Assembly (NCBI GenBank): GCA_963755915.1
Contig: CAVWLP010000002.1
Coordinates: 1,696,001 to 1,760,000, forward strand
Origin: an uncultured Phycisphaerales bacterium
Lineage (GTDB): Bacteria > Planctomycetota > Phycisphaerae > Tepidisphaerales > Tepidisphaeraceae
DNA: 64,000 nucleotides
Direction of reading: 5' to 3'
The stretch's first letter is position 1. The number at the start of each line of letters is the position of its first letter. This document shows, in pieces, positions 58,643 to 64,000 of the stretch. The translations under genes were made by a program, and so were the position numbers. The notes under the pieces were generated by a model. It worked only from the letters and a program-made list of their open reading frames with translations. It was not told where the DNA came from and did no database searches.

Positions 58643-58947
58643 GCCCTATCGAGCTTCAACATTATCTGGCCGTCGGGGCAATCATGTTCGTGATCGGCCT
58701 CATCGGCTTCATCACCCGCCGAAACCTCATCGTCATCTTCCTCTGCACAGAACTCATGTTCCAGGGCGTGCTGATTAATCTTATTGCCTTCAGCAGATAC
58801 TCCGGCAACCTGGCGGGCCAGGCATTTGTGATTTTCGTCCTCGTCATCGCCGCCTCGGAGGCCTCTTTGGCGCTCGGCCTCGTCGTCCTCCTCTTCCGTC
58901 AGAAAAATACTCTCGACGCCGACGCCTGGCGGGAATTGAAGTGGTGA
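58639..58947 (+). CDS. nuoK: NADH-quinone oxidoreductase subunit K
   Basis: RRNLI..ELM..N, GQAF..IAASEASLAL. Confidence 0.93.
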   Translation: MSPIELQHYLAVGAIMFVIGLIGFITRRNLIVIFLCTELMFQGVLINLIAFSRYSGNLAGQAFVIFVLVIAASEASLALGLVVLLFRQKNTLDADAWRELKW

Positions 58948-58969
58948 TACAGCTCATTTTGGTAAGGGA

Positions 58970-61071
58970 ATGGAAGCACTCTTCGCAGCAAAATTTTCAT
59001 ACCTGATCCCCCTCCTGCCCCTCATCGGCGCGGCCATCGCGGGATTCTCGGCGCACAAATGGCTCCATGGCCAATCCCACTGGCCGATCTGGATCGGCGT
59101 CGGCCTCAGTGCCGTAATCTCGCTTTCGCTCCTCTTCGGAATGCTCGGCCTCTGGCACGACGGCAAACCCCTCTCCATCGTCATCGACTGGTACACTTGG
59201 ATCGAAGCCGGCTCCTTCAAAGCCACCGCGGGCTGCTTCTTCGATCCCCTCACTGCCGTCATGCTCAGCGTCGTCACCGGCATCGGCTTCCTTATCACCG
59301 TCTACGCCGCCGGGTACATGAAAGGCGAGGAAGGCTATTTCCGCTTCTTCGCCTATCTGGGCATTTTCATCTTCTCCATGACCTGCCTGGTCATGGGCAA
59401 CAACTTCATCATGCTCTATCTCGGCTGGGAGGGCGTCGGACTCTGCTCCTACCTCCTCATCGGCTACTACTACGACAAACCCAGCGCCCGCGAAGCCGCC
59501 AAGAAAGCCTTCATCACCACCCGCGTCGGCGATTTCGGCTTCGGCCTTGGCATCATGCTCATCTGGTTCGCCTTCGGCACCGTCAGCTACTTCGGAACCG
59601 GCGTCGGCACCCACACCGGCGTCCTCGAACTCGCGACCCTGCCGCTAGACCAGCTCGCCAACATCCCCGGCGTCAACGCCTCCCTCGTCCCCTCCGCCAT
59701 GAAGTGGATCCCCTTCCTCCTCATGCTCGGCGCCTTCGGTAAATCCGCACAATTCCCCCTCTACGTCTGGCTCCCCGACGCCATGGAAGGCCCCACCCCC
59801 GTCTCCGCCCTCATCCACGCCGCCACCATGGTCACCGCCGGCGTCTACATGATCGCCCGCTGCGGCACGCTCTTCGTCACCAATGGCAACGCGATGACCA
59901 CCATCGCCTGCATCGGCGCGTTCACCAGCCTCCTCGCCGCCACCATCGCCTTCGCCAGTTCGACATTAAAAAGGTCTTCGCCTACAGCACCATCAGCCAG
60001 CTCGGGTTCATGTTCGTCGCCGTCGGCTGCTTTTCCCCCGTTGCCGGCGTCTTCCACCTCGTCACCCACGCCTTCTTCAAGGCCCTCCTCTTCCTCTGCT
60101 GCGGCGTCGTCATGCACGCCATGCTCGGTGAACTCGATATGCGAAAAATGTCCGGCCTCAAGGCCGTCCTTCCCAAAACCCGCTGGCTCATCCTCATCGG
60201 CTGCTTCGCCCTCTCCGGCTTCCCATTCTTCAGCGGCTTCTTCTCTAAGGACCAGATCGTCGACGCCGCCTTCGCCCGAAACAATTTCCTCGGCCTCTTC
60301 ATGCTCGGCGTCGCCTTCATGACCGCCTACTACACCTTCCGCCTCTATTTCCGCGTCTTCGAAGGCCCCCTCGTCCTCCCCCCTCCTCCAGAGCCGGCCC
60401 CGCACGCCCCCGATCCCCACGGCCATTCAGACGAACATGCCCACGATTCCCATGGTCATGACGCCCACGAGCACGAACATCACAATCACGAGCCCATGCT
60501 CATGATCGCTCCCCTCTTCTTCCTCGCCATCGGCGCACTCTTTGCCGGCTACATCAATTTCCCCGCAACCCCCTTCGGCCAGTTCCTCGGCAAGAGCCCC
60601 TCCCTGATTAACGCATACAACATGGTCCAGGGCGCCGCCGGCATTCCCGAAGGCATTGCCAATTCCATGGGCCAGAGCGATGAATCTGAAAAAGTTCACT
60701 TGCTCATGATCCTGAGCGGAGTTATTTCCGCTTTTGGAATCGCACTCGCCTGGTACCTTCACCTCGCAAACCGCACCCTCGGCGACGAAATCCCCCAGCG
60801 CTTCGCGCCCCTTTCCCGTCTCATCGAAAATAAGTTCTACGTCGACGAAATCTACCAGGCCTGCATCATCGAGCCTCTCCGAACCCTCGGAAACATCCTC
60901 TACAACTTCGACCGCTGGGTCATCGACATGCTCGTCAACGCCGCCGGCTGGATTTGCCAGCTCGTCGGCTATTTCCTCAAGTTCACCACCCAGCGCGGCT
61001 ACCTCCAGGGATACGCCGGCGCAATGATCCTCTGCCTCGCGGCAATCCTTCTCCTGATCTTCATGCACTGA
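58970..61071 (+). CDS. nuoL: NADH-quinone oxidoreductase subunit L (frameshift near 59955)
   Basis: GWEGVGLCSYLLIG, GKSAQFPLYVWLPDAMEGPTPVSALIHAATMVTAG, THAFFKALLF. Confidence 0.95.
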
Positions 61072-61072
61072 T

Positions 61073-62725
61073 ATGAGCCCAACCCTGATCATCCTCCTGC
61101 TCCTCCCAGCCGCCGGCGCTCTCATCGGCGCCTTCATCCCCGTCGCCGCCGCCAAAACCTGGGCGTTGCTCGTCAGCCTGGCCACGCTTCTTGTCGCCTT
61201 CATCGCCCTCTGCTCGTTCCATTTCGACGCGCCCGGCTTTCAGCTTGCTTTCGATAACGCCGCCCTCGCCCTGCCTGTCCACGCCTCCTTCTCCCTCGGC
61301 ATCGACGGCATCAGCCTTTGGCTCGTTCTCCTCACAGCTTTGCTGATGCCCTGCGCCATCGCCGCCAGCTTCGAGAGCATCAAGGACCGCCCCCGCGAAT
61401 ATTACGCCTGGATGCTCCTGCTCCAGTGCGCCATGCTCGGCGTCTTCGTCGCCCGCGACATCCTCGTCTTCTACATCTTCTTCGAACTCACCCTCGTCCC
61501 CATGTTCTTCATCATCGGCATCTGGGGCGGACCCTCGCGCCGCGACGCTGCCGGTAAATTCTTCCTCTTCACCTTCACCGGCTCCCTCTTCACCCTCGCC
61601 GGAGCGGTCTATCTCGGCTACCACGCCGGAACCTTCGACATCCAGGCAATCGTCGAATACGCCCGCACCTCGCTCACTCCCACCGAGCGCTATTGGGTCC
61701 TCCTCTCCCTCATCGCCGGCTTCGCCGTCAAGGTGCCCCTTTTCCCCGTCCACACCTGGCTCCCCCTCGCCCACACCGAAGCCCCCACGGCCGGCAGCGT
61801 TATCCTTGCCGGCGTCCTCCTGAAGCTCGGCACCTATGGCCTCATCCGCCTCGCCGTACCCATTGGCCTCCTCGCCGCCGACTCTTCCGTCACTTTCCCC
61901 GGCGTCATTCATTTCCTCGGCGTCCTCTCCGTCATCGGCGTCATCTACGGCGCCCTCGTCGCCTGGGTCCAGCAGGACATCAAAAAACTCGTCGCCTACA
62001 GCTCCGTCTCCCACCTCGGCTTCTGCGTGCTGGGAATGATGGCCCTCAATCTCCACGGCCTCGAAGGCTCCGTCCTCTACATGCTTAACCACGGCCTCAG
62101 CACCGGCGCAATGTTCCTCGTCATCGGCATGATCTACGAGCGCTACCACACCCGCGACATCAACCAGCTCTCCGGACTCGCCCGCCGAATGCCCATCATG
62201 GCCTTCTTCTTCGTCTTCTTCACCCTCGCCAGCATCGGCCTCCCCGGCCTCAACGGCTTCGTCAGCGAGTTCCTCACGATATTCGGCGCCTTCACCAGCC
62301 CCCACCTGGGCGTCGTCTACGGCTCCTTCGCCGCCCTCGGCATCATCCTTGGCGCCGTCTACATGCTCCACATGACCGCCCGCGTCATCTTCGGCCCCCT
62401 CAAAACACCCGAACTCCACGGCGAACACGCCCACGAAACCCCAGGCGACATCGGCCCCCGCGAAATCGCCATCCTCATCCCCCTCGCCATCGCCGTCGCC
62501 TACCTCGGCGTCTACCCCTCCGGCGTCCTCCGCTCCATGAATAACCCCCTGAACTACATGACCCAGCCGATCACAACTTCCGAAGCCAGAAATCAGATAC
62601 ACCAACCAATCCCGAAAACTCAATTGACGAATTCCCCCTCTTCCCCCTCCCCTTGTACTCCGGGGGAGGGCAGGGGTGGGGGCCGTCTTCAAGCGTGGCA
62701 ACGCTCTCGAAGCCGACTCGAATGA
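61073..62725 (+). CDS. nuoM: NADH-quinone oxidoreductase subunit M
   Basis: GIDGISL, KVPLFPVHTWLPLAHTEAPTAGS, AYSSVSH, GLPGLNGFVSE; C-terminus runs through a family B repeat. Confidence 0.95.
   Translation: MSPTLIILLLLPAAGALIGAFIPVAAAKTWALLVSLATLLVAFIALCSFHFDAPGFQLAFDNAALALPVHASFSLGIDGISLWLVLLTALLMPCAIAASFESIKDRPREYYAWMLLLQCAMLGVFVARDILVFYIFFELTLVPMFFIIGIWGGPSRRDAAGKFFLFTFTGSLFTLAGAVYLGYHAGTFDIQAIVEYARTSLTPTERYWVLLSLIAGFAVKVPLFPVHTWLPLAHTEAPTAGSVILAGVLLKLGTYGLIRLAVPIGLLAADSSVTFPGVIHFLGVLSVIGVIYGALVAWVQQDIKKLVAYSSVSHLGFCVLGMMALNLHGLEGSVLYMLNHGLSTGAMFLVIGMIYERYHTRDINQLSGLARRMPIMAFFFVFFTLASIGLPGLNGFVSEFLTIFGAFTSPHLGVVYGSFAALGIILGAVYMLHMTARVIFGPLKTPELHGEHAHETPGDIGPREIAILIPLAIAVAYLGVYPSGVLRSMNNPLNYMTQPITTSEARNQIHQPIPKTQLTNSPSSPSPCTPGEGRGGGRLQAWQRSRSRLE
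62643..62683. repeat. Family B repeat, opposite orientation, inside nuoM 3' end
   Basis: CCCCCTCCCCTTGTACTCCGGGGGAGGGCAGGGGTGGGGGC. Confidence 0.7.
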
Positions 62726-62753
62726 ATCCAATTTTGATGGCGGGGGCCAGTCA

Positions 62754-64000
62754 ATGAGCGAACTCCTCACCGCCATGTTCCCCGAGATCCTCCTCTGCGC
62801 AGTCGCCTGCGTCCTCATCCTCATGGGCGTCTCCTTCAAGCCCGCCGTTCGCCGCGCCGCCCCGATTCTCTCCATCATCGCTCTCTTCATCGCCGCCGTC
62901 TCCCAGCTTTCCCCCATCGCCGGCAACGCCCCGCGCTTCGACCTCCACTGGTACACCGTCCACGTCTATGAATTCGCCCGCTACGTCAAAATCCTCTCCT
63001 CCGGCATGGGCATTCTCCTCGTCCTGCTCGTCTGGCCCTCCAACCGCGACGCCACCGGCGGCCCAGCCCACAACTTCGCCTCCGAAGCCTCCGAATTCTT
63101 CGCCCTCATGCTCCTCTCCATCGCCGGCATCTTCATCATCGCCAGCGCCAACGACATCATGCTCCTCTTCCTCGGCTTCGAACTGGCCAGCATCCCCACC
63201 TACATCATGGTCAGCATCTCCCGCCCCCAAACCACCGCCCATGAAGCCGGCGTCAAATATTTCTTCCTCGGCGCGATGGCCTCCGCGCTGCTTCTCTTCG
63301 GCCTAAGCTATCTCTACGGAATGACCGGCACCACCCGGCTCGACCTCATCACCGACAATGCCGTCCCGGCCGCCGGCCTCTCCCCCTGGCTCATGCTCGC
63401 CGTCGTCATGATCATCGCCGGCCTCGCCTTCAAAATGGCCATCGTCCCCATGCACTTCTACGCCGGCGACGTCTACCAGGGCGCCGCAACCCCCGTCACC
63501 GCCTTCCTCAGCTTCGTCCCCAAGATCAGCGGTTTCGCGGCCCTCCTGAAAATCCTCTTCGCCGTCACCGGCGGCACCTGGCATATCGACCACCAGATCG
63601 TGAAGCTGATGTGGGTTCTCGCCGCCCTCACCATGACCGTCGGCAACGTCCTGGGCCTCGTCCAGATCAACGTCAAACGCGTCCTCGCCTACAGCTCCAT
63701 TGCCCACAGCGGCTACATGCTCGTCGGCGTCACCGCCCTCCTCAGTTCCAGCAGCTACGACGTCCAGACCTCCGCCCTCCAGGGCATCCTCTTCTATCTC
63801 GCCGCCTACGGCCTGACCAACGTAGCCGCCTTCGGCGTGCTGATCCTCCTCCCCGCACGGTCCCCCCAGACCGCCGCCAGCGCCGAAACCTTTGACGACC
63901 TCGCCGGCCTCGGACGCGAGCACACCCTCCTCGGCCTCGCCATGGCCGTCGCCTGCTTCAGCCTCATCGGCATCCCCCTCACCATCGGCTTCATCGGAAA
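62754..64000 (+). CDS. nuoN: NADH-quinone oxidoreductase subunit N, 3'-partial
   Basis: Open frame from ATG 62754 to window end; EAGVKYFFLG, FKMAIVPMHFYAGDVYQGA, KRVLAYSSIAHSGY. Confidence 0.93.
   Translation, partial: MSELLTAMFPEILLCAVACVLILMGVSFKPAVRRAAPILSIIALFIAAVSQLSPIAGNAPRFDLHWYTVHVYEFARYVKILSSGMGILLVLLVWPSNRDATGGPAHNFASEASEFFALMLLSIAGIFIIASANDIMLLFLGFELASIPTYIMVSISRPQTTAHEAGVKYFFLGAMASALLLFGLSYLYGMTGTTRLDLITDNAVPAAGLSPWLMLAVVMIIAGLAFKMAIVPMHFYAGDVYQGAATPVTAFLSFVPKISGFAALLKILFAVTGGTWHIDHQIVKLMWVLAALTMTVGNVLGLVQINVKRVLAYSSIAHSGYMLVGVTALLSSSSYDVQTSALQGILFYLAAYGLTNVAAFGVLILLPARSPQTAASAETFDDLAGLGREHTLLGLAMAVACFSLIGIPLTIGFIG

Overview
GC-rich bacterial chromosome segment, most likely a planctomycete of the Phycisphaerae/Tepidisphaerales type (inferred from a PEP-CTERM protein, an LEPLERRLLLS-type planctomycete N-terminus and four CxxCGYDLR..CPECG membrane proteins). 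It contains housekeeping blocks (glmU-like-prs-rplY-pth-rpsF-ssb-rplI-dnaB behind tRNA-Gln; greA-tRNA-Thr; rnpA-yidD; orphan atpC; msrPQ; nuoJKLMN), scattered carbohydrate enzymes (heparinase II/III-like, GH36, CE8, GH3) and several glycosyltransferases. More than 20 single-base frameshifts hit even essential genes, so these are treated as assembly indel errors. Most interesting: (1) a tandem pair of large polytopic GT-C glycosyltransferases with the ALG6/ALG8-type LDYPP motif, one with an inserted FN3-like domain, flanked by GT2, DegT and GT3-like genes; (2) a family of membrane proteins with constant ends, a fast-diverging outer loop and a cytoplasmic Zn ribbon, one copy bracketed by REPIN-like direct repeats; (3) an unannotated ~180-nt rod-shaped 6S-like RNA with a near-consensus promoter upstream of tRNA-Gln; (4) many apparently leaderless genes; (5) strong transcription-independent G/C strand-skew domains and several families of REP-like, nested and heptamer repeats. 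No CRISPR array, integrase, transposase or prophage was seen.
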